DNA of 64,000 bases from Octopus sinensis (GCF_006345805.1 NC_042998.1:163060001-163124000), one strand, 5' to 3'. Shown: positions 49,046 through 62,722, counted from the first letter of the stretch. Program-made: numbers and translations. The notes: generated by a model not told the origin, from the sequence alone.

Positions 49046-50129
49046 TATATATATAAAGGATGTGTTATAATACTATTCTTCAGCCATACCAACAATCCAA
49101 TAATACTAATCCACATATACAGAAACAGCCATACCAAAAATCCAACATACCTCCATCATCAGCTGCCCCACAGACATCATTATGGTTTTGGCACCTGGGT
49201 ATTACTGTTTAATCCAGCGGTGTCAGCAGCACTAAAATAAGTATTGTTTGGGAACAAACAAACCAAAGAAACTACAACTTTCAAACACATTTACACAATG
49301 TACAGCCGTATCAATAAATAAATTCCATAAGTAAATTACAAGCACTCCTAAATACCTAACTAAACAGCGACAACTCTATTAAGTCATACAAAATTATAAT
49401 CCCTACCATCCTCCGCAGTGTAATATAAAACTAAAGCTTACTAACCACATTATTTCAATCAATCAATATATAGGCAGGATTAAACACTAACCTTACTAAA
49501 ACTACAGCAAGAAACATTTAAACCAATGTATCGGTATTAATAGTAAACTGCAATAACTAAATTATATGCTAAATTGAGATCCATCTTTCAGTCCATATAA
49601 ATAATAATCCCACCATTCTTCTATAGATACTATAATGAAAGTTCAAACCTTACAAAATTTTTTCCAAAACAAAACACAATTTGAAATTAATTTAACTAAT
49701 ATTTTTATGAGTGAAATACATTATTTCATCATTCAAAAGTTAATAATAAAACACTACAAACTCATTAATATATCACCACTATAAGTTATGATATTAAATA
49801 ACCAGTGACTAATATACACTTAAATTTCATTAAATAGGAACTAATGAAAGTACTTATAATAAACTAATATTATAAACCTTGCTATGTTTAAAGCTAATTA
49901 AACTGTTTGAAAGACAATAAAGCTACAAGTATTAACACGTACATGTTTAATCAGACATGCGGGTCCCTCACCAAGAATTTAAAGAGTAACTAAATATTGA
50001 TGACGTCATACATAATTACCACTTTCTTGATTGTCTCAATACCAGTGATTTAGTAAGCAAATAACTTGAATCATAAACCTTCAAATCCTTACAAATATTT
50101 GCTAATATATATGTGTGTATATATATATA

Positions 50130-50860
50130 TCATCATCATCATCATCATCATCGTTTAGCGTCCGCTTTCCATGCTAGCATGGGTTGGACGGGTCAACTGG
50201 GGTCTGTGAAGCTGGAAGGCTTCGTCAGGCCCAGTCAGATCTGGCAGTGTTTCTACGGCTGGATGCCCTTCCTAACGCCAACCACTCCGCGAGTGTAGTG
50301 GGTGTTTTTTACGTGCCACCTGCACAGGTGCCAGACAGAGCTGGCGAACGGCCACGAACGGATGGTGCTTTTACGTGTCACCGGCACGGGGCCAGGCGAT
50401 GCTGGCAACGGACACGAACGGATGGTGCTTTTACGTGCCACCGACACGGGGCCAGACAGAGCTGGCAACCGGCCACGAACGGACGGTGCTTAAAATTAAT
50501 TAATTAATTAATTAATTAATTAATAATTAATAATTTTACCAAGTAGTTGATATTTTAAAAGAACCATTATCAGTAAAACAAAAATTCTTATAATTATGAG
50601 TATAATTATAATTAAGGTTCAGCAAAGAAATTTGCTTCACCACATACTGAAATTTTTCTTATAATAGAGAAATAGCAAGTTTTGGCTGCTATTTCTAATT
50701 TTGGTATGTGGTGAAGCAAATTTCTTTGATGAACCCTAATTATAATTATACTCATAATTATAAGAATTTATATATATATATATATATATATTTACAAATA
50801 TATATGTATACACACACACATACACACACACACCACACACACACACTCACACACACACAC

Positions 50861-50949
<89 letters not shown>

Positions 50950-51295
50950 CACACACATATATATATGTTGCCAGCACTGCCTCGACTGGCTTCTGTGCTG
51001 GTGGCACATAAAAAGCACCATCCGAATGTGGCCGATGCCAGCGCTGCCTCGACTGGCTCCAGTGCAGGTGGGACATAAAATGCACCATCCGAACGTGGCC
51101 AATGCCGGACTCCCCTGGCACCTGTGCAGGTGGCACGTAAAAGCACCCACTACATTCGTGGAGTGGTTGGCGTTAGGAAGGGCATCCAGCTGTAGAAACT
51201 CTGCCAGATCAGACTGGAGCCTGGTGCAGCTCCTGGCTTCCCAGACCCCGGTCGAACCGTCCAACCCGTGCTAGCGTGGAAAACGGATGTTAAAC

Positions 51296-51327
<32 letters not shown>
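50130..51327. mobile_element. Element with ~200-bp terminal inverted repeats ending in (CAT)n/(GAT)n, ~60-bp subterminal tandem units, and a nested fold-back
   Basis: 50130-50490 and 50965-51327 are inverted copies; same architecture at 59148-59888. Confidence 0.7.
50582..50769. repeat. Fold-back of the 27044-family repeat (73-bp arms, about 4 mismatches)
   Basis: 50582-50654 vs 50697-50769. Confidence 0.85.
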
Positions 51328-51328
<1 letters not shown>

Positions 51329-51489
51329 ATATATACATAGGAAAGAAAACTCAAAATGACCCATCCTTGTTTTCTTTGTATTGTCTATCTGGATGTCTTG
51401 TCCTTTTTTGTATCTCCTAACTGTCTGGATGCTTTGCGTTCTTGTCCCATTTTGTATTTTATGTATATGTGTGTGTGTGTAGGTGTAGG

Positions 51490-51938
51490 TGCAGGTATGG
51501 CTCTGTGGTAAGAAGCTTGCTGCCTATTCACATGGTTCCAGATTCTATCCCACTGTGTGGCACCTTGGGCAGGTGTTTCCACTATAGCCTCAGGTTGATC
51601 AAAGCCTTGTGAGTGGATTTGGTAGATGGGAACTGAAAGAAAATTAGCTCCCATTTCTAAATAGGTTGATGCTCACTGCATCCTTAAGGCTTCATGCTAA
51701 TTTTATATATATATATATTCTTTTATTTTTTTATTCTTTTACTGGTTGCAGTCATTTGACTGCAGCCATGCTGGACCACCACCCTTTTTGAACAAATCGA
51801 CCCCAGAACTTATTCTTTGTAAGCCTAATACTTATTCTATCAATGTCTTTTGCCAAACCGCTAAGTTATAGGGATGTACACACACCAATATTGGTTGTGA
51901 AGCAATGGCCGGGAGACAAACACAGACACACAAATAAC

Positions 51939-51973
<35 letters not shown>

Positions 51974-52330
51974 GACGGGCTTCTTTAAGTTATCGTCTAC
52001 CAAATCTACTCACAAGGCTTTGGTCAATCCTAGGCTATAGTAGAACACACTTGCCCAAGGTGCCATTTCATGGGACTGAACCCGGAACCACACAGCCACT
52101 GCTGTGCTTATATATGTATAGCTTTGTGTGTGTATGTGTCTTTTTGTCTGTATCCCCTGATCATTACTTGATGACTGGTGGTTTTGCATTCCTATAACTT
52201 ACTGGTTCAGCTAAAGAAAATAGAATAAGTACCAGACTTTAAAACATAAATCCTGAGGTGGATACATTCGACTCAAAATTCTTCAGAGTGGTGCCACAGT
52301 ATGGCCACAGTCTAATGACTAAAACAAACA
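51490..52330. mobile_element. Cluster of family A SINE pieces (51490-51640 +, 51735-52100 -, 52135-52330 +)
   Basis: Each matches family A. Confidence 0.75.
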
Positions 52331-52365
52331 AAATGCAAAAGATGAGATTATAAATAAATAAACGA

Positions 52366-52406
<41 letters not shown>

Positions 52407-52462
52407 AGAAAAAATGCCAAAAAGACAGGTTGGTTTCTCTCTAATTTTTTGTAAATTCTTAA

Positions 52463-52494
<32 letters not shown>

Positions 52495-53235
52495 GTATAC
52501 ATATATATATATGCTACCATATAAAAATGATTTATATTGAACTCCTAATACTTTTTGTTGAATATTTTGTTAAATACTTTCTTGTAAACTGTTTTTAACA
52601 TTTTCTTATTATTATCGAAATTTTGATAATATGATTGCTTATTTTTATAATGACATTGTAGAGTAGGTGTGAGAGGCTGGATCTGGCCAGTTTGAACATA
52701 AAACAAATAGAATATTTGAGCCGGATATGGCTGGTTCAAAAACTATAGGGTTTAACAAACAGTTGGTATTAGGAAATGGAATAATAAAAATGGAGAAAGA
52801 AATGTCTTTAACATTTCAGGTATTCACTTTCTTTCTGAAAGATAGGATAGACATGGAATCAATAGAATAGGAAAGGATAATTGGACCAAGTGAAAAGCGT
52901 GCGTCCAGTATTTCTGTATATGTGTGAATACACACACACACACTCGTGCATATTTAGAAGTATGTAAAGATTATATAAGTGTGAGTATGTCTGTGTGTAT
53001 GTGTGTATAATTGTTTTAGTATGGTCTTTGGAAAATTTGAAAATTTAGTTGTTATGTAACTTGACAATGTTATCGTTAGACTTATTGATTGATTGAATGT
53101 TCAGTTAGAAGAAGCTGATGCAGATTCAAATTTACAGTCAGTTATGATTTTGAGGAGTAGGAAAATATGGAAAAACATTAAGTTATTTTTCTAAATGAAG
53201 ATGACTAGATGCTCTCCATCTCTCTCTCCCTCTGT

Positions 53236-53276
<41 letters not shown>

Positions 53277-53853
53277 CCAAGCTGGTCTATTGTCAATAAC
53301 TTTCATAGAAGCCCTGCAGTACATTAAATTGAAACAAAATAATGTATTTTTCCTTCAAGCAAGATCAAGTGGAATGAATCGAGTCTAGCACGAACTCACA
53401 ATCTAAGACGTAATAGTCTAATATTCCAGTCATTCAGAGTTTTGGAGTTTGGTTTTTTTTTTCTGTTTTGGGGGGTGGGGTTTTGCCATTGGTAATAGGT
53501 TTACAGAGAACTAGAAAAAAGAACTCTGCCGTTAAGATCAAAACACACCAATGAAGGTCTTCTTTAAAGACGCAGACAAACAAACAAAAAAAAACAACAA
53601 ACAATGCATAGAAATATGAGGTGTATAATACTTATTTACTTATTGTGCCATCCACCAGCTGGATATAACAATATCTAAGTTTGTTTGTCTTTAGAATACC
53701 AGTATCCTTGTGGTTGTGGTAGGACGTTATTTTGGTGTTTTTATATGCCACAGGAGATGAAAGAAATGTGCCTGTCAATTTATAACATCAGACTCTCAAA
53801 AGTTGAGCAGATATCAGCATTATCCTATGAACATTTCGTACATATGGACAGGC

Positions 53854-53897
<44 letters not shown>

Positions 53898-54699
53898 TTT
53901 TTTTTACTGGGGCCTTTTATTTTACTTAACTTTCCTAATATTGTTGTTCTTAGTGCTGTTGTATTGCAGTTTATGGATGATGGTAAGAATGTATTTTGTT
54001 GTTCCTGTTCTTTTTTTTTTTTGTAATCATTTTTTTATGGCTGCTATCAGATGTTTTCTATAAAGGAGTGGGTATGAAGAAGAGTAAAAGACAATTTCTG
54101 AGAAAACCAGGAAAAGATAAAACAGTAACAACAAACTTCAAATAAAGGAACAAACAAAAGAGATATTCTAACAGTATACATATAAACATGCATAATCATT
54201 TGAAAATATAGTAATATTAATAACAAAAACATGCGTACCACATGCACATCCAAATGCATCTTCAAAGTAAACATATTTGTTTTTTCGCAACTGCATTCAC
54301 AGAAGGACACAAATACAGCAGGGAAAGAGTTTTTGTTGACAACTTAGCAAGACAGCTATTCATGAATTCTTTCAAGAATATAGAGGTCTACATAGAGCTG
54401 ACATAGAATAGACATTTTATGAGTTCTCTTGCATATAATTTTAACTAGACATGTTTTTGTTTATTTTTTGGGGTTTTTTTTTGCATGCTTAGACACTTTC
54501 CCAGTGTGTAAGTACACCTTTATATTACAAAATAGACGTGTCAGGCTGCTATAAGGCAACAAGGGGGAGAGACTGAACCATGAGATTGTATTATTGTTTC
54601 TTCTGGTTTCCACTGTAAGTTTAAGTAAATTTTATACATACATACAACATACATACATAAAAAAGCACTTGCGTCAGTGCCACCTAAAAGTGTTTGTAC

Positions 54700-54895
54700 C
54701 AGTGTTATGTTAAAAACCCTCAGCATACACTGTAAAGTGGTTGGAATTAGGAAGGGCGTCCAACTGTAGAAACCAAGCCAGATCAGACTTGAACCTGGTG
54801 CGGCTCACCTGTTTGACAGCTCTGGTCAAACTGTCCAACTCATGCCAGCATGAAAAACGGATATTAAAAGAAGAAAAATATGACAATGATGATGA
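54700..54895 (-). mobile_element. Solo end of the (CAT)n-terminated TIR element
   Basis: Matches 51140-51325. Confidence 0.65.
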
Positions 54896-54924
54896 TGGAT
54901 GCATACGCATCTTATAGATATTAT

Positions 54925-55285
54925 GTTTTACCTGTTTCAGTCACCAAGCTGCAGCTGTATTGAGGCACCATTCTGAAGAGATTAGTCAAACAAATTGACC
55001 TCAGTACTTAGTTTTCAAAGTCTGGTACGTATTCTATTGGTTACTTTTACAGGAATGTAATGGTAACCAATTGATGGACCGTGGGAACAAACACAAATAT
55101 AAAGACACACGAACACAAACATATATACAATGAGTTTCCACACACTTTCTGCCTACTGAACCCATTCACAAGGCATTGAGTGGCCTCGAGCTACAGTAGA
55201 AGAGATTTACTCAAGGTGTCGTGCAAGGGGGACTGAACCCAAAGCCATTTGGTTGTAAAGCAACCTTCTTAACCCTGCAGCCATG
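54925..55285 (-). mobile_element. SINE family A, diverged
   Basis: Matches the family A layout. Confidence 0.7.
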
Positions 55286-55640
55286 TCACGTGCATGTCTC
55301 ACATGCTCACATATGAGTTCGTATTTGTCAAATGTATAATAAATAGAATTATGTATTGATTTGATCCAAGGTTTTATTCAATGGAGATTTGCTTGTGGAA
55401 GAAGAAGATATGATGCATTTGAAAGGTCAGATCTCAGAAAGCTGGACCTCACAGGTAAGATGAAGAACTCAAGAGGTGTGTAATGGTGGTAGTGATGACG
55501 AATATTGGTTTCAAAATTTGGTACAAGGCCAGCAAGTTCAAGGAAAGGAAAAGGTTGCTTACCTTGAACCCTAGTACTTAACTGGTACTTATTTTATCAA
55601 CCCTGAAAGGATGAAATACAAACCAACTGTGGCTTTAATA

Positions 55641-56452
55641 CAAGGTGGTATCAAAAAGTTCCCAGACTAGTTCTGTAGTACACCAACAGATGGCAGCATA
55701 CAGTTTTGTGCATAGTGAAAGCAAGCAGTGAACTTCATGAGGCAGTGTGCTGGGTGACATTGCTGTGTTTACTTCACAAGTTGCGAAATTTGTGCTTTTG
55801 TGATCACATATATGCTGTAGCCTGCGATTTTGTCATGGACAGGAAAAAAGGGCCAAAACTTTGGAAGTCTGCTACAGAGACATTGAGCATGCTTCAGGGA
55901 ACTTATGGTGATAAGGCAATGGGTCATACAGAATGTTTTGAGTGGCACGGTTGCTTTAAAAGTGGAAGAATGTCCCTGGAAGATGATGAGTGATCTGGAA
56001 GACCTGCCACAAGTATCACCCCCAGAAATGTGGAATTGTGCATTGAAAATTTGTCTCCTAGGACCAGACTGTCAATCAAGAGTTCTACTGTGACGTTTTG
56101 AAGTGTGTGAGGGAAAACATCCAGTGAAAGTGACCAGATCTGTGGAGAGTAAAGAACTGGATTCTTCACAACATCAATGTACCCTGTCTCTGATCTCTCC
56201 TCACTCTTGAGTTTCTTGCCAACAACAACATGGTATCATTTCTGCACCTACCCTATATGCCAGGTTTAGCACCTGCAAACTTCCACCTACGAAAAATGAT
56301 TTCCAGGCCAGATTCCAAAAGTGGAATAAATGCTGGGACCAGTGTATTGGTGTGCAAAGTGACTTATTTGAAGGAGATGATGTTAAAACTTGGGTAAAAG
56401 AGTTATTTTTTATTAAACATAGCTAGTCCAGGAACTGTTGGATACCACCTCA
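55641..56452 (+). mobile_element. Internally deleted mariner DNA transposon with TA target duplication
   Basis: TA|caaggtggtatcaaaaagttcccagactag ... ctagtccaggaactgttggataccacctca|TA; HTH ATETLSMLQGTYGDKAM..FEWH..FKSGRMSLEDD; PYMPGLAPANF (YSPDLAP-like). Confidence 0.9.
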
Positions 56453-56679
56453 TAAAAATTTCCATCTCTACAACAAACACCCCAATTGTCACAACCATTG
56501 TAACTTCCATAACCATTACAATCACCATAATGACCACCACAACCACCACCACTATCATTGCAGCCATCAAAACTATTTTCATTGCCATAGCTATCCCTAG
56601 CAATGGAGGGAATAATATCAATAGTTAAAGGTAATTACTTTTTTTTATGGTCATGATAGACAGCTTAATTGAACAGATC

Positions 56680-56870
56680 CTTTAACCTTTCATTACTATA
56701 TTTATTTTGAGATGCTCTGTGATTCTTTCAATTAATTTTAAATATAACAAAGAATTTAGTAAAATAACTTAATTATCATTAAGCCAGTATTAGGAACATA
56801 AATTGTGATTAAGGTTTGGTGGAAAATTATAATTCAAAACTTATGTAAACAAGACATTTGTACTACAGAG
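56680..56870. mobile_element. Fragment of a second TTAA-type MITE
   Basis: Starts ttaacctttc; recognised by pattern only. Confidence 0.35.
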
Positions 56871-57699
56871 TCCAAAGTGCATAATGAACAAGAGTACTTA
56901 ATAATTATAATATTTAGTAATAGCTGTATATACAATACACACTCCACCAGTACTAACCTATACTAAGACAACCACCACACACCAGTACTAACAAATACTT
57001 AATGACCATTAGTAGTATCAGTACTGACTGACCACTAGTACTATTTATTAGTACTCAATGGCCATTAGTATTGTTAGTATATTCAATGTCGTTATTAACA
57101 GAAAGGCATCCTTGATTAACTACTTATATTACCAACAGCTGATGCTTGGTGAAAATTTCTGTATTATTTTACTATGAGATATCAATAGTGTAACAGTAAG
57201 TTCAAATAAATTAACTATTATACACTGCAGGGGTCAACACTTAGTATATATTCCCCTGCACCTTTTGTCTACTAGCTGATACCAAAATAAAGTGGTTTAT
57301 ATAAAAGCAAGTTTAAAGTGTGCACATGTGTGTGTGTGTGTATGTAGAAAGAGAGAGAGAGAGAGAGAATGAGAGAAAGCACGAGAGACAGACAGACAGA
57401 CAGACAGAGGCAATTATGCAGATAAACAATTTAGATATATTAAATATATCTTGATCTTTCTTATAGCCATTCTTCCCCCCGCCCCTGGAATTGAGCCCCT
57501 GTAAAGATATTGGATCCTAAGTTTGAATCATTTGAGCTCTACTGCTTTCTATTCTGAGAATCTCTGGATCTCATCTGTGTGTGTGTGTGCATGTGTGTGT
57601 GTGTGTGTGTGCATGTGTGTGTGTGTGTGTGTGTGCATGTGTGTGTGTGTGTGTGCCTGCATTTATGTGTGTGCGTGTGCTTGTGTATATATGTATGTA

Positions 57700-58075
57700 T
57701 GTGGTTGTGTGGTAAGAAGCTTGCTTCCCAACCACATAGTTCTGGGTTCAGTCCCACTGCATGGCACATTGGGCAAGTGTCTTCTACTATAACCTTGGGC
57801 AAGCCAAAACTTTGTGAATGGATTTGGTAGATATAATCTGAAAAAAGCTTGTCGTATATATATGTATATATATACATACACACACAAACATTTATGTGTG
57901 TGTGTGTGTACATTCTTTGTATGTCCCTGTAACTTAGTGGTTCAGCGAAAGAAACCAATAGAATAAATACTAAGCTTAAAATAAAAAGGCCCTAAGTTCA
58001 ATTTACTCAACTAAAACCCGTAAAGGTGGTACCCCAGCATGGCCACAGTCAAATGACCGAAACAAATGATAATAG
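57700..58075 (+). mobile_element. SINE family A, full length
   Basis: Head gtggttgtgtggtaagaagc, internal microsatellite, 3' body. Confidence 0.85.
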
Positions 58076-58099
58076 ATAAATATGTGTGTGTATGTATAC

Positions 58100-58114
58100 A
58101 TATATATGTACATA

Positions 58115-58182
<68 letters not shown>

Positions 58183-58206
58183 GTACATTATACATATATA
58201 TATGTA

Positions 58207-58304
<98 letters not shown>

Positions 58305-58350
58305 ATATATATATATATCTATATATATATATATATTATATATATATATA
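58100..58350. repeat. Long (TA)n microsatellite
   Basis: Directly visible. Confidence 0.95.
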
Positions 58351-58869
58351 ATCCAACAGGATTCTGCGATTCATAATGGTATTTCTTTGATCAAGGTGCC
58401 AACCACTCTCTACAGCGGTAGGTGGGGGGCTACATATAGTGTTGACTCAGCAGAAAATTGAACGTGGATAACACAGATATTTTCTATTTATCTCCACACC
58501 GCCCCTGAACATTTCGACTAAAGAGCTAATGCCACATCCTCTGTTTTTTAATATCACTACCATTATCATCACTATCATCATCATCATCATCATCATCATC
58601 ATATCTATACCACCACCACCACCACCACCATTATCGATGCTGTTACAGGCGCCCACGCAATTACTAATGTGACCTCTGCAACACTAACATCACCACCATC
58701 ATCATCATCATCATCATCCTTATCAGCATCATTATGACCACCACCACCATCACCACTACCTGGTGCTATCACCTTCATCACCTCTACCTTCACAATCGCT
58801 ACAACATCTGCACACACCACACACCCACACACACATATAAATATACATACACACTCATATATATTACTC

Positions 58870-59070
58870 TCTCTTTTACTCTTTTACTTGTTTCAGTCAT
58901 TTGATTGTGGCCATGCAGGAGCACCACCTTCAAAGGTTTTAGCCAAACAAATCGACCCCTGGATTTTTTGATTTTTTTATGCTTAGTACTTATCTTATCG
59001 GTCTCTTTTGCCAATCTGCTAAGTTACAGGGGCACAAACATACCAACACCAATTGTCAAGCAGTGATGGG
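58870..59070 (-). mobile_element. SINE family A, 3' half
   Basis: Matches the family A body. Confidence 0.75.
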
Positions 59071-59147
59071 GAAACTAGTACAGACGCAAAAACACATACA
59101 CATAGATACATACATACATACACATATGTATGCATATATATATATAC

Positions 59148-59888
59148 GTCATCATCATCATCATCATCATCTTTTAGCGTCTGCTTTCCATGCTAGCATG
59201 GGTTGGATGGTTCAACTGGTGTCTGGGAAGCCAGAAGGCTGCACCAGGCCCAGTCTGATCTGGCAATGTTTCTATGGCTGGATGCCCTTCCTAACGCCAA
59301 CCACTCCGCAAGTGTAGTGGGTGCTTTTTACGTGCCAGACGAAGCTGGCAAACAGCCATGATCAGATGGTGCTTTTTATGTGCCACCGGCACGGGGGCTA
59401 GTAACTGGCACCTATGCTGGTAGCACGCAAAGAGCACTGTTCAAGCATTGGGCCTCATGGAGGCAAAGTGGCTGAGTTTTTTTCAAGCATTGAGCATCAT
59501 GTAGGCAAAATGGCCAAGTTCCTTTTGAGTGTTGGGCCTCACAGAGACAAAGTGGCCAAGTTCCGTTTGAGTGTTGGGCTTCACGGAGGCAATGGCTGAG
59601 ACCTTTGACATTATGTCATGCTTGAGAAGGAGACCCATCAAGCCAAGCAAAATTGCAGTTGTAGCAGTTGTGCAGTTGTCACACAAATGGCACCCATGCC
59701 GGTGGCACATAAGAGCACCCACTACATTTTCTGAGTGGTTGGCATTAGGAAAGACATCAAGCCATAGAAAACCATGCCAAATCAGGCAGGAGTCTGGTGC
59801 AGCCTCCCAACTTACCAGCCCTGGTGAAACTATTCAACCCATGCCAGCATGGACAATGAATGTTAAATGATGATGATGTTGATGATGA
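59148..59888. mobile_element. Uninterrupted copy of the (CAT)n-terminated TIR element, with internal ~43-bp tandem repeats
   Basis: 59148-59340 inverted against 59700-59888; (TA)n on both flanks; ttgagtgttgggcctcac units at 59440-59605. Confidence 0.7.
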
Positions 59889-60061
59889 TATATATATATA
59901 TACAATGGGCTCTTTTAGTTTTGATAATCAAGACAAATGGAAGAGTTATCCCCATCTACACTCCCACTACCATGTCAAATGTTCATTAAATTTTTGTATA
60001 CTACACCTTGCCTTCCTAATTAAAGAAATAAATAAGTAAATAAATGAAGACCAAGATAAGT

Positions 60062-60370
60062 GCCACTCTGTCAGTTACACCGACAAGTGTTCCAATTGAT
60101 CTGATCAACAGAACAGCCTACTCATGAAATTAATGTGCAAGTGGCTGAGCACTCCACAGGCATGTATACCCTTAATGTAGTTCTGAGGGAGGATCAGCAT
60201 GACACAGAATGTGACAAGGCTGGCCCTTTGAAATATGGGTACTACTCACTTTTGCCAGCTGAGTGAACTAGAGAATCATGAAATAAAGTGCCTTGCTTAA
60301 GGACAGAATGCACCACTAGGATGGGAATGGAACTCATGACTTCATGATTGTGAGCTGACAACCCTAACCA
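60062..60370 (-). mobile_element. tRNA-derived SINE (additional family)
   Basis: Minus-strand head tggttagggtgtcagctcacaatcatgaagtcatgagttccattccc resembles the family C head. Confidence 0.6.
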
Positions 60371-60413
60371 ATAAATTGCGTGCCTTCACAAAGATCAATA
60401 TATTGGAAACAGT

Positions 60414-60418
<5 letters not shown>

Positions 60419-60484
<66 letters not shown>
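60419..60484. repeat. (AG)n microsatellite
   Basis: Directly visible. Confidence 0.97.
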
Positions 60485-60485
<1 letters not shown>

Positions 60486-61164
60486 ATGTGTGTGTGTGTA
60501 AGAGGAAGCGCTTAAAAACTGATTTCAAAGTTTGGTACAAGGTCAGCAAGTTTCGAAGTAGGGTAAGTTGATTATGTCGACCCCAGTACTCAAATGGTAC
60601 TTATTTTATTGACTCCGAAAGGATGAAGGGCAGAATCGACCTCAGTAGAATTTAAATTCAGAAGGTAAAGTTGGACAAAAGGCTGCTAAGCATTTTTCCC
60701 AGTGTGCTAATGATTCTGTCAGTTCGCCACCTTTTATTGGTACTTATTTCAAATAAATGAATTGTGAAGTTGACCTCTGCAGAATTTGAACTCAGAATGT
60801 AAAGATGGACGAAATACTGCTGGGCTAATGACTTGCTAATGACTCTGATAGCTCACCACCTCAGACCACTTAAAAATTGGCATTAAAGAAGGATAGGCAT
60901 CGAGATTAAAGGAGGGTAAGGCAAAGAGTGAAAGCGATGTAATGTTTTACAGTGTTGAGCTGACAGGATAGAATGCAAAGAAATAGTTTCTGACATTTAT
61001 ATGACCTAGAGAAAGGAAAAGGACCACTAACATCCGCACTCACCTAACCAGCAGGTGTTCTATAGGAAGCTGTAAGAACCAAAACAAGTAGGAGGTGGAG
61101 ATGGGGGTGGGGTAGCTTCAAGGTTAATGACCAAATGGTTTGACTCAGATATGACTCGCATTGC

Positions 61165-61221
<57 letters not shown>

Positions 61222-61789
61222 TATGTACATACACACACATATATATATGCATATGAGTATGAATGCATAGGCATATGTACACATGCACACACACACATAT
61301 AGTTATATATAAGAGTTTGTGTGTGTGTTTCTATATGTTAGGATATATATATATATATATATCCTAACTTGGGATCAATGCCAATTTACAAAACCAGCAT
61401 GGATAGAAGCAAAGATCAATATCATCATATTTAGCAACGAAGCTGATTTTCAATTCATCCATCTTCCTAAAACATCAATTTCAAACTTTAACGACAACAT
61501 CAACAACATTTTTTGTTTTTAATATATTATAGTCATGGGATTAAAAGCTGTGCCCTTGACTTTTATCAAGGCCTCTCTAGCTTGCCATAGGAAAGTTAGA
61601 AGATATTCTCAAGCAGTAAACTTGGCCCCAAATGGCTGTAAATGAGTAAACTCCTCTAAAGACACCCAAGGGACTGGGTAGAAGATGTGTAGCTAGGCAG
61701 GAAATGAGAGGCAGTCTTCCTTGAGAAAGCACTTTTGGGCCTGCTGTATAAAACAAAGTGTGCAGAGCGCTTTTTATGTAGAACCAGTA

Positions 61790-62180
61790 CAAGTGCTTTT
61801 TATGTGGCACCAGCATAGGTGCTTTTTATGTGGCACTTGTGCAGGTGCTTTTTACAAGGCACCATCAGTGATACTTTATGCATGACATGGGCACAGGTGC
61901 TTGTACATGGCATTGACTCAGATGATTTTACATGGCACCAGCTCAGGTGCTTTTTACATGGCATGGGAGCAGGTGCTTTTTATGTGGCACCAGCAATGAT
62001 GTGTTGTACCCGACACAGGCATAGGTGCTTTTTACATGGCACCAGTACAGATGCTTTCTCTGTGATATTGGCATAGGTGCTTCATACATGGCACTGGTAC
62101 AGGTGTTTTTTCATGGTGCTGACACAGGTACTTTTTACGTGGCACCAACACAAATATATTTTATGTGGCACTGGCACATA
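61790..62180. repeat. Degenerate ~22-25-bp tandem array (ggcaccagcacaggtgctttttatgt)
   Basis: About 15 visible units. Confidence 0.8.
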
Positions 62181-62217
62181 TATACATACATAAAAACACA
62201 CACATTCACACACACAT

Positions 62218-62249
<32 letters not shown>

Positions 62250-62722
62250 GCACATGCGTATTTATGCAGAAGTTTCAGAACAGACAAGCATTTAACATTG
62301 GGACCAAAAGCTATAAGAACCTTGAATCGGATGCCACTGCATTGTATGAAATGGCCCACACTCTCCATAAAGAGTATGGATCCAAAATTAGTTACAGCTT
62401 AAGGTTCAAGGGCCCCTAGCTGTCAATACCTTGCCAAAATTCCTTAGAAGTCTATGGGGTGTAGGTATGAATGTATTCAAAAATCACTTTGGCAAATTTT
62501 CATCTGAGATCCCACATGTCCCAGATGAACAAATTTTACAGCTAGAAACGCAAATAAGAGTAATGTTGTTGTTCAACTCACTGATGCATCAGAACTAAAC
62601 AGAGAGAAGATGTTAAAGTGAAATAAACTAGCAATCACATCAATAGGGTGCCCTGTCACTTGTATGATTGTAAACTTTACTTGAAACAAGTAAAAAAGTA
62701 AGTGTATATATATATATATATA

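Noticed and set aside
49050-50110. NUMT
   Set aside because: The strand skew is mitochondrion-like, but no mitochondrial gene, rRNA or tRNA motif was recognised.
50290-50490. CRISPR-like array (also 59440-59605 and 61790-62180)
   Set aside because: The units are contiguous tandem repeats without unique spacers, in eukaryotic DNA with no cas genes.
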